The notes: generated by a model not told the origin, from the letters alone. Positions 1 through 10,541 are shown, counted from the first letter of the stretch. The stretch is DNA of 64,000 nucleotides from a virus (IMGVR_UViG_3300032138_000680:30675-94674), one strand, 5' to 3'. A program made the numbers and translations.

Positions 1-935
1 TTTCCATAATCTTTAGAATAATCACAAAAATGTGAATTCAATGTCCAAAATCCAAATTTTTCAAGTAATTTTATTTTAGAAGGATGAGTCGCTAAAATAA
101 TTGGTACACCACTTATTAGTGCTCTAAAAGTTTTTTCAGTAAAAACTACATTTTCTCTATCCTCTAAACTAGCGGTTTCTGGAACAAATACTGTATGTCC
201 AGTTTGAAAATCCCAATACCATCCCATATTCACAGTATCCATCATTGTTCTATTACAAGTAATAAAATCTTTTGATTTATTTTTAGGTTGAATTTTGCTA
301 TTTGGAAATTTTTTATTAATTTTATTTATTAACTCCTCTCTCCATTTTCGTTTATTACCATCACCATCACTACCACTAAATCCTTTAAAGTATGAAAAAC
401 AAAATGATTTATCTCCTTTATATTCTATATTAAAATCTGTAAAAGATGGGTTATGATAAAATCCAAAATAATAAAAATAACGAGTAAATTGTAATAAAGG
501 TTGTTGTAATATTTTATACTTACCAGCCTTTAAAGATTTAAGTTTAGTTGATAAAACAATCGACTTTATCCTATCTAAATCAAAATTAGATTTTAACATA
601 TCAATATTAACTATCTCACCAAAATTTAAATAAATATGAACATCTACTTTATCTGGTACTCCTATCGTATCTAATCCTAAACGTGGTAATATTAATTTTA
701 TCTTATCATATTTTTCATCAGAACAAATATTGGCCACATTAGATTCTATATTACCATCTGTAAAAGTAATAATATCCCAATCTGGTAATCCCCTCTTTTT
801 AAACTTTATTATCCTTCCTTCTTGGCCGGGTCTATCTTCGCCTATCAGTTCAAATGGATAAAATAAAGAAAACAATATTGACATATCCAACTTTATTAAC
901 TCGTTATCAAAGGATGGTATAATAATAGCATTCAT
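1..935 (-). CDS. Partial (runs off window) glycosyltransferase-like protein with TEKT motif; absent from ORF track
   Basis: Manual translation from ATG at 935 (TAATG overlap with upstream stop): MNAIIIPSFDNE...VFVPET...VVFTEKTFRALISGVPIILATHPSKIKLLEKFGFWTL, open to window edge; ET..TEKT..P..L..GF motif resembles GT10-like phage proteins. Confidence 0.7.
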   Translation of the reverse strand, partial: MNAIIIPSFDNELIKLDMSILFSLFYPFELIGEDRPGQEGRIIKFKKRGLPDWDIITFTDGNIESNVANICSDEKYDKIKLILPRLGLDTIGVPDKVDVHIYLNFGEIVNIDMLKSNFDLDRIKSIVLSTKLKSLKAGKYKILQQPLLQFTRYFYYFGFYHNPSFTDFNIEYKGDKSFCFSYFKGFSGSDGDGNKRKWREELINKINKKFPNSKIQPKNKSKDFITCNRTMMDTVNMGWYWDFQTGHTVFVPETASLEDRENVVFTEKTFRALISGVPIILATHPSKIKLLEKFGFWTLNSHFCDYSKDYG

Positions 936-1687
936 TAGAACAAATCTCCCCATTCAGGTTTATATATATTCACATTATTACTATTTCCACTCTCATCTCT
1001 AAATTTATAAGGTGTTCTCGTTTTAAAATCTACATATGTAATTACTTTTTTTTCTTTCCAAAAGGCTTTGTTATGACTTTCTGGTTCTCTAAAATATTCT
1101 ATAAAATCACTATCACTGAAAGGTTTACGAAATATTCCAACAAAATCAATATCACCGTGATACCATCCCGCGTCCTGATCACTTACACCATCTAATCCAT
1201 TACAACATCCTATCCATAACCAAGCAGTACTATAATCTACGAGTTTTCCCTCGTACCTTATTTCTTCAACATATGGTCTATCCCAACCGGGTAAACCAAG
1301 CATAATAGTTATTTGTTTTCTATCATGACTGTGGTGAAAAACTACATCATAAGTTTTTCTTTCTGCTTCCTTAGACCACAAATAAACCTCTGATGGTATT
1401 TTATCGACTGCAATATATGTCATTTCAGGACCAACAGTACCATCTTCTTTTTCTACCCAAACTATACCTTTTATAAATCCATATCCCCTTTCATGAGAAA
1501 CTTGAATTCCAGCATGTTGACCATTCTTTATAACAACACCAGAGTCATAACTTTCAGTAATTTTAACCCAATCTGGATTAAATCTACACGCTATAGTTAT
1601 ATCTTTCTCCATCATATTCCAAATAGGAGACTTACTTAAATTAAATTTGTGTTTTGATGGTACAAATAATGGATCTGCTATTTTCAT
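935..1687 (-). CDS. Stand-alone LamG/concanavalin-A-like domain protein
   Basis: WLWIGCCN...WYHGDIDFVGIF...FRDESGNSNN resembles the LamG inserts of the neighbouring GT7 genes. Confidence 0.65.
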   Translation of the reverse strand: MKIADPLFVPSKHKFNLSKSPIWNMMEKDITIACRFNPDWVKITESYDSGVVIKNGQHAGIQVSHERGYGFIKGIVWVEKEDGTVGPEMTYIAVDKIPSEVYLWSKEAERKTYDVVFHHSHDRKQITIMLGLPGWDRPYVEEIRYEGKLVDYSTAWLWIGCCNGLDGVSDQDAGWYHGDIDFVGIFRKPFSDSDFIEYFREPESHNKAFWKEKKVITYVDFKTRTPYKFRDESGNSNNVNIYKPEWGDLF

Positions 1688-3132
1688 AATTTAATCTCCA
1701 AACATTTTCTATAAAAACTTTCATATTCTGGAAAAACTTCTACAAAATTTGTTCCTCGCCTTTTATCGTGTTCTTGAAAAAACCTACCAAAATCACTTCT
1801 GTTTATATTAAATGATTCCTTATCCCTATCAACAGAAATCATCCAGTCATAAATTCTTTTTATTTTTTGAACTTCAATATCAGAATACCCGATGTACATA
1901 CTTTCAAATATCGGCAAAGCAAGAAAATCCAATTGTTGAGCCTGTTTAAAAATCTCATCAGACCATATTTTAGGTAAAACTTGAACAGTTTGATGCTGTG
2001 GATATCTTAAATAACTTGTATCTAAAAAAGTTGCAGAATTCCAATATCTATCTGAAGAACCATATTGTTCTTTTAATTTATAGATACCATCAATTAATTT
2101 ACCATAATTAGGAACTGATAAGGCATTGTAAGTACTCATATAAGTTAAATTCACCCTCTTCAATACTTCTAATACCCTATGACAATTATCCCAAAAATAA
2201 TTAAAGTCTAATCCATGTCTAATATATTCTGCCTGTTTCCCCCAAGTATCCACAGATGTAAAAATAATAATTTCCTTAACTTTATCCTCTTGTTCAAGTA
2301 CTTTCATTTTTTCTAAAAACTTATCTATTATTTCTTTGGGTACACCTAAGTTTGAATTTATAGCTAAACTTAAATTTTTATTTGGATTTGGATGTTCTAT
2401 AATATAATCTAATACTTTAAAGGTATCTTTTGTTAATAATGGTTCTCCACCTGTTATTCTAAATGTATGTAAATCTTCATACAAATCTGGCCACCATTTC
2501 CAAAATGCTTCTACATATGGATTGTATTCTCTATGTGGAATTGGCATTTTATCTTCATTTGTTAAACCAGCAAGATTATTAAATCCTCCACCACCATCAG
2601 TTGTTGTTGGATAACCACCATGTTTATCTATTTCTTCCATCCAGGTAGATGAAAAAGCAGGCCCACAATAACTACATTTAAAATTACAGGCATTTGAAAA
2701 CGCAACCTCTACATATCTTGGATTAAAATCATCTCTCCAACTGGAATTTTTTATCTCATCATAATGTGGTAATGACCAAGATTCACCTGATTTAAATGTT
2801 CTATCCGAATATCTATCGGAATTGTCCTCTACGTTCCAACAATATGTACATTCATCTGGTCGTTTGTTATCTACCAACATTTCTTTTCTTCTCATTTTCT
2901 TATATCGAGTATTATGTAATGCAGAAGGATTTCTTTTTATTTCAGTTAAAGAAACTTTATGTGTTTTTGGATGATGGCAAGAATGGGTATGTCCATTCTG
3001 TAAATGAACTGTGACTTGTGTCCATTTTGCTAAACACATTCCACACCCAATCTCATCTAATTTACTCTTAGTACTTACAAGGTATGGCGATTCTTTTTCA
3101 ATGTATTTTCTTGCTTTTTGTGGATCGGCCAT
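1684..3132 (-). CDS. Radical SAM protein with N-terminal twitch-like Cys cluster
   Basis: CNFKCSYC (CxxxCxxC), TGGEPLL, N-terminal CLAKW..HSCHHP..ECTYCW. Confidence 0.9.
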   Translation of the reverse strand: MADPQKARKYIEKESPYLVSTKSKLDEIGCGMCLAKWTQVTVHLQNGHTHSCHHPKTHKVSLTEIKRNPSALHNTRYKKMRRKEMLVDNKRPDECTYCWNVEDNSDRYSDRTFKSGESWSLPHYDEIKNSSWRDDFNPRYVEVAFSNACNFKCSYCGPAFSSTWMEEIDKHGGYPTTTDGGGGFNNLAGLTNEDKMPIPHREYNPYVEAFWKWWPDLYEDLHTFRITGGEPLLTKDTFKVLDYIIEHPNPNKNLSLAINSNLGVPKEIIDKFLEKMKVLEQEDKVKEIIIFTSVDTWGKQAEYIRHGLDFNYFWDNCHRVLEVLKRVNLTYMSTYNALSVPNYGKLIDGIYKLKEQYGSSDRYWNSATFLDTSYLRYPQHQTVQVLPKIWSDEIFKQAQQLDFLALPIFESMYIGYSDIEVQKIKRIYDWMISVDRDKESFNINRSDFGRFFQEHDKRRGTNFVEVFPEYESFYRKCLEIKL

Positions 3133-3330
3133 TTATTTTTCTTCTTCTACTGGAGGTGTATCATCTACATATTTTTTATAAAATTCTGCAAGATAATATT
3201 GTACTCTATTACTCCATTCATCTTTATCTACTTCTTCAAACCAAATAGTTAAAGAATCAAGTATTGTAACTATTTTTTCAAGAGCTACTACTTTTCGTTC
3301 TTCTAATATTCTTTGATCTTTTTCGCTCAC
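3133..3330 (-). CDS. Small hypothetical helical protein
   Basis: 65-aa ORF fills gap in operon, AGGAG RBS upstream. Confidence 0.7.
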   Translation of the reverse strand: MSEKDQRILEERKVVALEKIVTILDSLTIWFEEVDKDEWSNRVQYYLAEFYKKYVDDTPPVEEEK

Positions 3331-3345
3331 TTTAAAACTCCTTTT

Positions 3346-4845
3346 TTAAAATTCAACATGACTTGGGATATCTTGTCCACAACGAAAATCTATTATTTCG
3401 TGATCCGTTCCAAATAGTTTTTCTCGTTTCACTACACTATAATTTAAATTTGTAAGTCCATCATCATCTGTATTTATTATACCACCTTGAACATCTTCTA
3501 CAAATCGTTTTTCGTTTACACTTGTATCCTTCTGGTGAACAAACTTACCACCTACGATATCATTTCGTGGATGTAATAGAGAAGTAAATTTACCAGGTCG
3601 ACTTCTATACGGTAAAATAGTATTTGGTATTTTATCAACAGATTCTATTCCTACTGAACATCCATTTAATACTCCATGATTTCCATTTCCACTCAAATCA
3701 TAAACTATATTCTTTTTTACTTTAGAAAAGTCATAATAAAGTGAAGAACCAGTGGGGATTGGATAATCAGTTTTATAGTAGTTCTTCACTTCATCTTTAC
3801 TTAATACCTTATCTAAAAGATAAACCTGTGCAACATCACCGGCAAAGAAATTAGATTCTTCTTTGTTAGGATCACCAACACCAATATAAAATGGATTTCC
3901 ACCATATCTCTTTAATGGCGGCTGAAACTTTAATGGCGATTCTGAACCGTGTCCGAATCTTGAATCTGATTCCCTACCATTTAAATAAAATCTCATTTCA
4001 TTCTTATCAACATTTATTGTAACCATCAAATGTGTCCAAACATCAGGATGTCTTTTTATCCACATATAAGAATGATTGTTCTTTCGGTTAAACAATCCAA
4101 ATGAATATGCATCTGAATTATCCCAGCCTAATCCCATTTGGAAACTTGGTCGTCCAAAAATATATTGATGAATAAATTTTCTATTTTCAACATCACCAAT
4201 TAAATATTTTGGAATATCAAATCTATCTTCTGCCCGAACCAATAACGCCATTGTAAAATTACCACTTGTAATTTCTCGTATAGAATCATTTGGACTTATT
4301 TTTACATAATCACTTAAACCATTAAATCTTAAAAAACTTCGTGGTTTATTTGATTCGTGAATCATAGATGTTTCATCTGCTAATCCCTTTTTCTTAGTTC
4401 TGTAAAATAAATCATCATCTTCCATTCCCCAATTAAAATAACCATTAGAATAACCATTTATTTTTTCGTAGTGTTCTTTAGTAAATAGAATAGCCCCACC
4501 AAAATATTCTTGATATTTCAATCCATATTCGAATTGTTGTACCATAACTGCTAAATGTTCTACTTTATCTGGATAAGAATAATCACAAGTAACATCTTCA
4601 GGAACCATATCTATATCGTGAAAACAGAAATAGTCATAACCCTCTTTTTGTGCAATATCAAATGCTACATTTTTAGCTGTTCCTCTATTGAATCCACTTA
4701 CACTATCTGGATAAACTTGATTGGCAACAAATATCTTATATTCTATATCCTTATCCTTAAAAAATTTATCCATATGTGGAACAAACTTTTTAAGATGTTC
4801 TTCCCTTTTATAATGTGGAACACATATTGCTAATTTTTTATTCAT
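3346..4845 (-). CDS. GT7 (beta-1,4-galactosyltransferase-like) glycosyltransferase with inserted LamG domain
   Basis: FNRG..NV, FHDID, YFGGA, NGYSN.YFNWGMEDDDL; LamG FNG..WTHL..YLNG..FAGDV..DLSGNGNHG; GT7 tail DGLTNLNY. Confidence 0.88.
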   Translation of the reverse strand: MNKKLAICVPHYKREEHLKKFVPHMDKFFKDKDIEYKIFVANQVYPDSVSGFNRGTAKNVAFDIAQKEGYDYFCFHDIDMVPEDVTCDYSYPDKVEHLAVMVQQFEYGLKYQEYFGGAILFTKEHYEKINGYSNGYFNWGMEDDDLFYRTKKKGLADETSMIHESNKPRSFLRFNGLSDYVKISPNDSIREITSGNFTMALLVRAEDRFDIPKYLIGDVENRKFIHQYIFGRPSFQMGLGWDNSDAYSFGLFNRKNNHSYMWIKRHPDVWTHLMVTINVDKNEMRFYLNGRESDSRFGHGSESPLKFQPPLKRYGGNPFYIGVGDPNKEESNFFAGDVAQVYLLDKVLSKDEVKNYYKTDYPIPTGSSLYYDFSKVKKNIVYDLSGNGNHGVLNGCSVGIESVDKIPNTILPYRSRPGKFTSLLHPRNDIVGGKFVHQKDTSVNEKRFVEDVQGGIINTDDDGLTNLNYSVVKREKLFGTDHEIIDFRCGQDIPSHVEF

Positions 4846-6320
4846 GTTACTGATATAAACTCGTGTTTATTTAAAAATTGTTCTTGATGTAAAATCTCAT
4901 ATTTAAGAGAACTTAAACCATCTTCTTTAATGTCTGTTAATCCTTGTCTAACCTTATTAAAAAACCGTAATTGGTTTTCTCGTGTTTCCCAATGAGTAAA
5001 CTTAGTCTGTCCCCACCCATTTTCTTCATGTTCTAAACAAGTGTATTTTCCATCTCGTCTGTTTGGTATTGTTGCGATACTACCAATTCTCAACTCTTTT
5101 TCTTTTTGAATTGCCCTGTATATTTTTGCATGATTATCATTTCCACTTTTATCAATAACCATGTTATCTACAATATTATCAAAATTCCAATAACCAACTA
5201 CATTTTTTGCCGATTTATAAATTTCTTGTCCAGACTTCCACCCGTCAAATTGTTTACTGGCCGTCACATTTCGGGGATACCCATTATTATATAAATATAA
5301 TGCCTCTTCGGGATCTAAACAATTAGACCAAAGAGTTACCTGTGCCACAGTTCCTTTAAAATAACCCTCATCACCGCTTCTCGCATTTGGATTTGCACAT
5401 CCAATGTAATATGGAACATTGGTTGACTCTCTAATCTTCCCTAAAAAATCTGTTGGTGATTCGTTTGTTTCTACTCCATTTACAAACATCCTCAGTCGTT
5501 TTAAAATGTGGTCTACTGTATAAACAATATGAACCCATTCATCAGTTCGTCTGTCTGAAACTACCATAGATTGTTCATTGTCTGTATTCCAAATACCACC
5601 TTTATATTGCATCCCACTTGTATAGGCAATCCCTACATGATGTCCTGGTCGAGTAAAGACATGAAACTCATCGTATTCTTTATTTTCGTCAAGAACTATA
5701 TCATCAGATGGTTCTACCCAAGCCTCAACTGAAAATGATGAATTTACCACTCTATTTAATAAAAGTGTATTCTTTATTTCAAGATAATCTCTACCATTAA
5801 ATTCCATAGTACTTATGTATCGTGGTACTTTATCTTTCGATGAACCAGTCCATTGTTCTTGTAATGGAACTCCTCGTTTTTTACAACGATAAAGTAAATC
5901 ATCATCCTCAAATCCCCATCCCCAATACTTGTTAGAATATCCATTTATCCACTCAAAATGTTCTTTGTTGAATAATGTAACTCCACTAAAGTATTCAGGA
6001 TAGACTAAACGATAATTGAATTTACTTAATCTTGCTGCAAGATGTGTTGGTTTATCTACCCAAGAATAATCACACGTTTTATCTTCAGGTAACATATCCA
6101 CATCGTGGAAACAAAAATAATCAAATCCTTGTTGTGATGATACATCGTATCCTACATTTATTAACCATCCACGATTAAAGGGCCTATCGTTCCCTTGTTC
6201 CACTACAAAGATTTTGAAATCTATCTCTTTATCAGATAGAAATTTCTCCATATGTGGAACAAATTTAGCGAGATGTTCTTCTCTATCCCGATACGGAACT
6301 ATTATCGCCAATTTAGTCAT
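4842..6320 (-). CDS. GT7 glycosyltransferase with inserted LamG domain
   Basis: IIVPYRDR, FNRGWLINVG, FHDVDMLP, NGYSNKYWGWGFEDDDL; LamG FSVEAWV..FVNG..YWNFD..DKSGNDNHA; tail DGLSSLKY. Confidence 0.9.
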   Translation of the reverse strand: MTKLAIIVPYRDREEHLAKFVPHMEKFLSDKEIDFKIFVVEQGNDRPFNRGWLINVGYDVSSQQGFDYFCFHDVDMLPEDKTCDYSWVDKPTHLAARLSKFNYRLVYPEYFSGVTLFNKEHFEWINGYSNKYWGWGFEDDDLLYRCKKRGVPLQEQWTGSSKDKVPRYISTMEFNGRDYLEIKNTLLLNRVVNSSFSVEAWVEPSDDIVLDENKEYDEFHVFTRPGHHVGIAYTSGMQYKGGIWNTDNEQSMVVSDRRTDEWVHIVYTVDHILKRLRMFVNGVETNESPTDFLGKIRESTNVPYYIGCANPNARSGDEGYFKGTVAQVTLWSNCLDPEEALYLYNNGYPRNVTASKQFDGWKSGQEIYKSAKNVVGYWNFDNIVDNMVIDKSGNDNHAKIYRAIQKEKELRIGSIATIPNRRDGKYTCLEHEENGWGQTKFTHWETRENQLRFFNKVRQGLTDIKEDGLSSLKYEILHQEQFLNKHEFISVT

Positions 6321-6712
6321 TATTTACCGAATAATTTACCGACCACCGACTTCTTTTCTTTAGGTTCTTCGCCCAAAGTCTTTGCAATTTCACTTGCAAT
6401 GTCTGCTGCAGATGCTTGTGGTTGTGCAACTGGTGGGGCTGATACTCCTTCTGGATTACTCTCTACATAGTTCTTAACTATATTATAGATTTCCCATAGT
6501 TTCCAATCAATTGCCTCAACCTTTTCTTCTATGTTAGTCAATGACTTAACTGCTATTGCAGTAAGTTCACTACCTTCATTAGAATCAAGGGCGTCTTTTG
6601 CGTCTGCCTTTTCCTCTTTTTCTGGGTTGTTCCAAGGTTGATCCTCTGCTTTAGTTCCAGTTTCTTTAGTTTCAACTGGTTTTGTTTCAGTTTCTTTTTT
6701 AGTTGCCATCAC
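6320..6712 (-). CDS. Hypothetical low-complexity protein with central helix (IDWKLWE)
   Basis: 130-aa ORF in operon, GGAG RBS. Confidence 0.7.
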   Translation of the reverse strand: MMATKKETETKPVETKETGTKAEDQPWNNPEKEEKADAKDALDSNEGSELTAIAVKSLTNIEEKVEAIDWKLWEIYNIVKNYVESNPEGVSAPPVAQPQASAADIASEIAKTLGEEPKEKKSVVGKLFGK

Positions 6713-6720
6713 TTTTCTCC

Positions 6721-8211
6721 TTATATTAAAACTTCTATTATTTCATGTTTTTCTTGATAGTCCTGTCTATTAACTATCCTAAATCTTGTTGATGTTAGTC
6801 CATCTATATCTACATCCCGCATATTTGCTCCAACCTTTTTATTAAAAGTCTTACGATTTGTCATTATTTCGGGGCCATCCCCATTCCTGTCGTGTTTAGT
6901 TCTTGTTAAATTTTCGAGATTTAAATAATCATCGTGAGATGATAAATAACCATAAGCACCATTTCTTCTATAAGGTAAATATCTTTCTGTATTACTTTTT
7001 AAAGATTTATTTGCAAATTTGACATTGTAAAACTTTGCATGGTTTCCATTTCCACTCATATCAAAAGTGATATCATCATAACCGCTCTTAAAATTCCAAA
7101 CTCCTACTGGTAATTTAGAAGTTACATATTCACCTTTATTGTTAACTATTCCTTTATTAAAAATTAATTCCATTTCATAATCGTTTAACGTATCTGACCA
7201 CAACCCTACTTCTGCTATTTGTCCTTTATAAAAATTTCTCCAATGTGTTGTAGTTGGATTACCAACTCCAATATAATATGGCTTATTCAAATACTCAACA
7301 AGTTGTCCTTCATAACTCTTTTTACCTGCTTCTTTACCATTCACATAAAGAGTTAATGTTTGTTCTTTATCATCTACAACCATACCAATGTGTGACCATA
7401 CAGTTGTACGTTGAAATGGAACTTTTATTAATACTGGTTCTCTTTCATTACTTCCCTCTTTTCTAATCCAAATTACACCCTTTAAAAACCTACCGTGTAT
7501 ATATGAAAGTCCTGTGTGATAACCAGGTCGCATAAAAATACTATATTCACATCTATTACTATCTACATCTGCACCATAAGGTGGTTCTCCATTGGGACAA
7601 AACCAAGTAGATATTGAAAAACTTTTATTGGTTGCGTTTTTAATCTTTGTATTTTCAGCTGGTATTTCTATGTAAGAATTCATTCCATTAAAATTTCCAT
7701 AAGTTTTTGATACGTTTTTTCCCAGTTCTATTCTAACTGACAATCCTCTAACAACACATCTAAATAATAAATCATAATCTTCATATCCACTGCCCCAATA
7801 TTCATTTGAATATCCATTTATTTGTTCATAATGTTCTTTTGAAAATAAAACTGCCCCACCAAAATATTCATCATATGGTAAACTATAATCATCAAAATTT
7901 TGAACTTTTTCTTGATCACCAAACTCTATCTTGTTTCTCATACCAACTAATGAAATCGGTTTTTCTTCATAAGAATAATCACATTCATAAGAAATAGGTA
8001 TTAAATCTGAATCGTGGAAGCAAAAATAATCAAACTTATCCTTATGTAACATATATCCAATATTAAACAACTTACCTTTATTTAATGGTCTATTTGATTT
8101 TTGTTTCATAAAAACTAATTTATAATCACCATCTACTGTAGCATCAAAATGATTTACAAAATTTTCTATATGTTCTTCATTATATGGAAGTATAATCGCT
8201 AATCTTTTCAT
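6721..8211 (-). CDS. GT7 glycosyltransferase with inserted LamG domain (variant motifs)
   Basis: LNKGKLFNIG, FHDSDLIP, NGYSNEYWGSGYEDYDL; LamG insert; tail DGLTSTRF. Confidence 0.87.
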   Translation of the reverse strand: MKRLAIILPYNEEHIENFVNHFDATVDGDYKLVFMKQKSNRPLNKGKLFNIGYMLHKDKFDYFCFHDSDLIPISYECDYSYEEKPISLVGMRNKIEFGDQEKVQNFDDYSLPYDEYFGGAVLFSKEHYEQINGYSNEYWGSGYEDYDLLFRCVVRGLSVRIELGKNVSKTYGNFNGMNSYIEIPAENTKIKNATNKSFSISTWFCPNGEPPYGADVDSNRCEYSIFMRPGYHTGLSYIHGRFLKGVIWIRKEGSNEREPVLIKVPFQRTTVWSHIGMVVDDKEQTLTLYVNGKEAGKKSYEGQLVEYLNKPYYIGVGNPTTTHWRNFYKGQIAEVGLWSDTLNDYEMELIFNKGIVNNKGEYVTSKLPVGVWNFKSGYDDITFDMSGNGNHAKFYNVKFANKSLKSNTERYLPYRRNGAYGYLSSHDDYLNLENLTRTKHDRNGDGPEIMTNRKTFNKKVGANMRDVDIDGLTSTRFRIVNRQDYQEKHEIIEVLI

Positions 8212-9068
8212 ACTCTATACTCTAATGCTTGTGTTCTTACTGTATCCCAATGTGGATAATCCTCATAATTTTTACTACCCTTTTCTATCATAAACCTTTC
8301 ATCTTCTATATCTATTCTACCATAATTATCAATGATATAATCAAACATATCTCTATACTCTTTGTGAAAAGTATAGTCCTTTTTAATACGAGAAACTTCT
8401 CGTAATCTACCCATTACAGATATGTCCCATTTAAAATGATGAACTTGAATAAAACACTTATCAACAGGATATCGTAATGAATGATTCCATCTATTTCCAT
8501 AAGTATCTTCACCATCTATCATTGCATAATGTTGTCCATTAGTAATTTGAATATCACCTTTAACCACAACTGTCTTATTTGGACAAGCATTTGAAACTGG
8601 TAATCTAAATGAACCTGCCAATGGAAACTCTTTCCAAACATCACTATCATCATTTATCTTTGGAAATCTACCACCTTCACCAATTCTATCTAAAAATGCT
8701 CCTGTAATAAATTTATAACTATTCTCCTCACAATCTTCTATGAGTTCGTTAATTGGTTTTGGATAAACATGAAATTCATCATCGTCTGATACAATCCACC
8801 AATCATCTGGTTTTAATAATTTTGTTTCGTTGTATAATTCTGTAACTCTTTCCCAATTAAATGGTTCTTCAAAAGTTTTTCTATGAATATCAATATTTAA
8901 ATCACGAGTGATTTCTTTAACTTCTGATAAAACCTTATCTTTGTCTGAAGATAAATATACCACTACAAATATATCATCTACCATATCTTTATAATGATTC
9001 AACATATGTCTTAACATTGTGGTATTATGACCGCAAACTGTAACTAAATTAATATTCATGGAGATCAA
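8208..9068 (-). CDS. GT-A fold (GT2-like) glycosyltransferase
   Basis: MLNHY, WWIVSDDDEF DxD motif, GQH, VHHFKW; likely true start at ATG 9059. Confidence 0.72.
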   Translation of the reverse strand: MISMNINLVTVCGHNTTMLRHMLNHYKDMVDDIFVVVYLSSDKDKVLSEVKEITRDLNIDIHRKTFEEPFNWERVTELYNETKLLKPDDWWIVSDDDEFHVYPKPINELIEDCEENSYKFITGAFLDRIGEGGRFPKINDDSDVWKEFPLAGSFRLPVSNACPNKTVVVKGDIQITNGQHYAMIDGEDTYGNRWNHSLRYPVDKCFIQVHHFKWDISVMGRLREVSRIKKDYTFHKEYRDMFDYIIDNYGRIDIEDERFMIEKGSKNYEDYPHWDTVRTQALEYRV

Positions 9069-10540
9069 TCAGTATCCTCGTGATAGACGGGGGCATTTCT
9101 TAAATGGTGTGTTAAATTCTCAGGTGTAATTAACTTTTTACATTTATGATAAAAATCTTCCATTTCAGGAAAAGTTTTTAAGAAGTTTTTTCCTCTACGT
9201 TTATCATACTCATCAATAAACAAAACAAAATCTATTCGTTGCTTTTCCAACCAATGTTCATTCTGTGTAAACATATCTGTCATTCTTCTAACTTTTTCCT
9301 GCTCAAAATCAAAAAAACCTACTTCGTAATATCCATCAACGTGCTCATATTTATGCATTCCTAAATCTTCCATAAAACGAGATAATTCATTTATTTTTTC
9401 TAACCAATCTGCTGTTAAAATTCTAAAATCTAAAAATTCTGGATGTCTTATGTATGATGTATCCAAAATAATTGAATAATCTCTATATCTTTTAGTACTA
9501 CCATATATTTTTTTCAATCTGTAAACCTTCTGAATTACTTTATGGTATGAAGAAATACTTAAAGCATTAAATGCCGCCATAATAGTAACTTCAGGTCTCT
9601 CACATTTTGTAAGAAATTCATCTACTCTATTCCACAACACTCCTGAATCCAACCCATCTCTAATATACTCTGCTTGTTTACCATCTGCCTCTATACTTGT
9701 AAATAATACAAAGTTCCATACTAAATCATTATCAGTAATATATTTAACCTTATCTAAAAATTCTTCCCATAGTCCATCAGGAACAGATAAATTAGAATTT
9801 ACACACAATTCTATTTTTGGATTGACTGTTGGATTATCTATAATATAATCTAAAACTTTAAAGGTGTCTTTATGTAAAAGTGGTTCACCGCCGGTTATTC
9901 TAAATGTATGGAGTCTTGGAAATAAATCTGGCCACCATTTCCAAAATGCATCTCTGTATGGGTTTGGTTTAGTATGTGGTATAGGAACAATTCCATCTCG
10001 TTCCATCCATTCTATATTATTATAATATCCACTCGTTGGATAAGCACCAAGCGTTGATATCTCGTGTTGCCAATTAGAACTACTTTTCACATCACAATAA
10101 GCACAGGCCATATTACATTGATTACTAAACGAGATTTCTACATATGGCGGAAATACATCTTCATTTCCTGTCAAGTTTTTTATATTTTCAAAATGTGGAA
10201 GTGCCCATGCTTCACCACTTTTTAGTACTCTATCACTAAACGATTCTTCATTTGAATCCTCTACATTCCAACAATAATCACATTCTTTTGGACGACCACC
10301 ATGTAACATTGTTTTTCTTTGAAGTTTTTTAAACTTTGTATTATGGAGTGCAGATGGATTTTCTTTAATTTCCTCTAATGGAATTTTATGTGGAATAGGA
10401 TGGTGACAAGAATGAGTTTGACCAGTCTGTAAAAGAATACTAACTTGATTCCACTTTGCTAAACAAAAACCTTTACCGACTTTATTTAAGCCTTCTCTTA
10501 CCATTTCAAAATTTTTTAATCCACTAACACCCTTTGCCAT
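9065..10540 (-). CDS. Radical SAM protein with N-terminal twitch-like cluster; paralog of 1684..3132
   Basis: CNMACAYC, TGGEPLL, FCLAKW..HSCHHP..ECDYCW. Confidence 0.9.
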   Translation of the reverse strand: MAKGVSGLKNFEMVREGLNKVGKGFCLAKWNQVSILLQTGQTHSCHHPIPHKIPLEEIKENPSALHNTKFKKLQRKTMLHGGRPKECDYCWNVEDSNEESFSDRVLKSGEAWALPHFENIKNLTGNEDVFPPYVEISFSNQCNMACAYCDVKSSSNWQHEISTLGAYPTSGYYNNIEWMERDGIVPIPHTKPNPYRDAFWKWWPDLFPRLHTFRITGGEPLLHKDTFKVLDYIIDNPTVNPKIELCVNSNLSVPDGLWEEFLDKVKYITDNDLVWNFVLFTSIEADGKQAEYIRDGLDSGVLWNRVDEFLTKCERPEVTIMAAFNALSISSYHKVIQKVYRLKKIYGSTKRYRDYSIILDTSYIRHPEFLDFRILTADWLEKINELSRFMEDLGMHKYEHVDGYYEVGFFDFEQEKVRRMTDMFTQNEHWLEKQRIDFVLFIDEYDKRRGKNFLKTFPEMEDFYHKCKKLITPENLTHHLRNAPVYHEDTD

Positions 10541-10541
10541 A

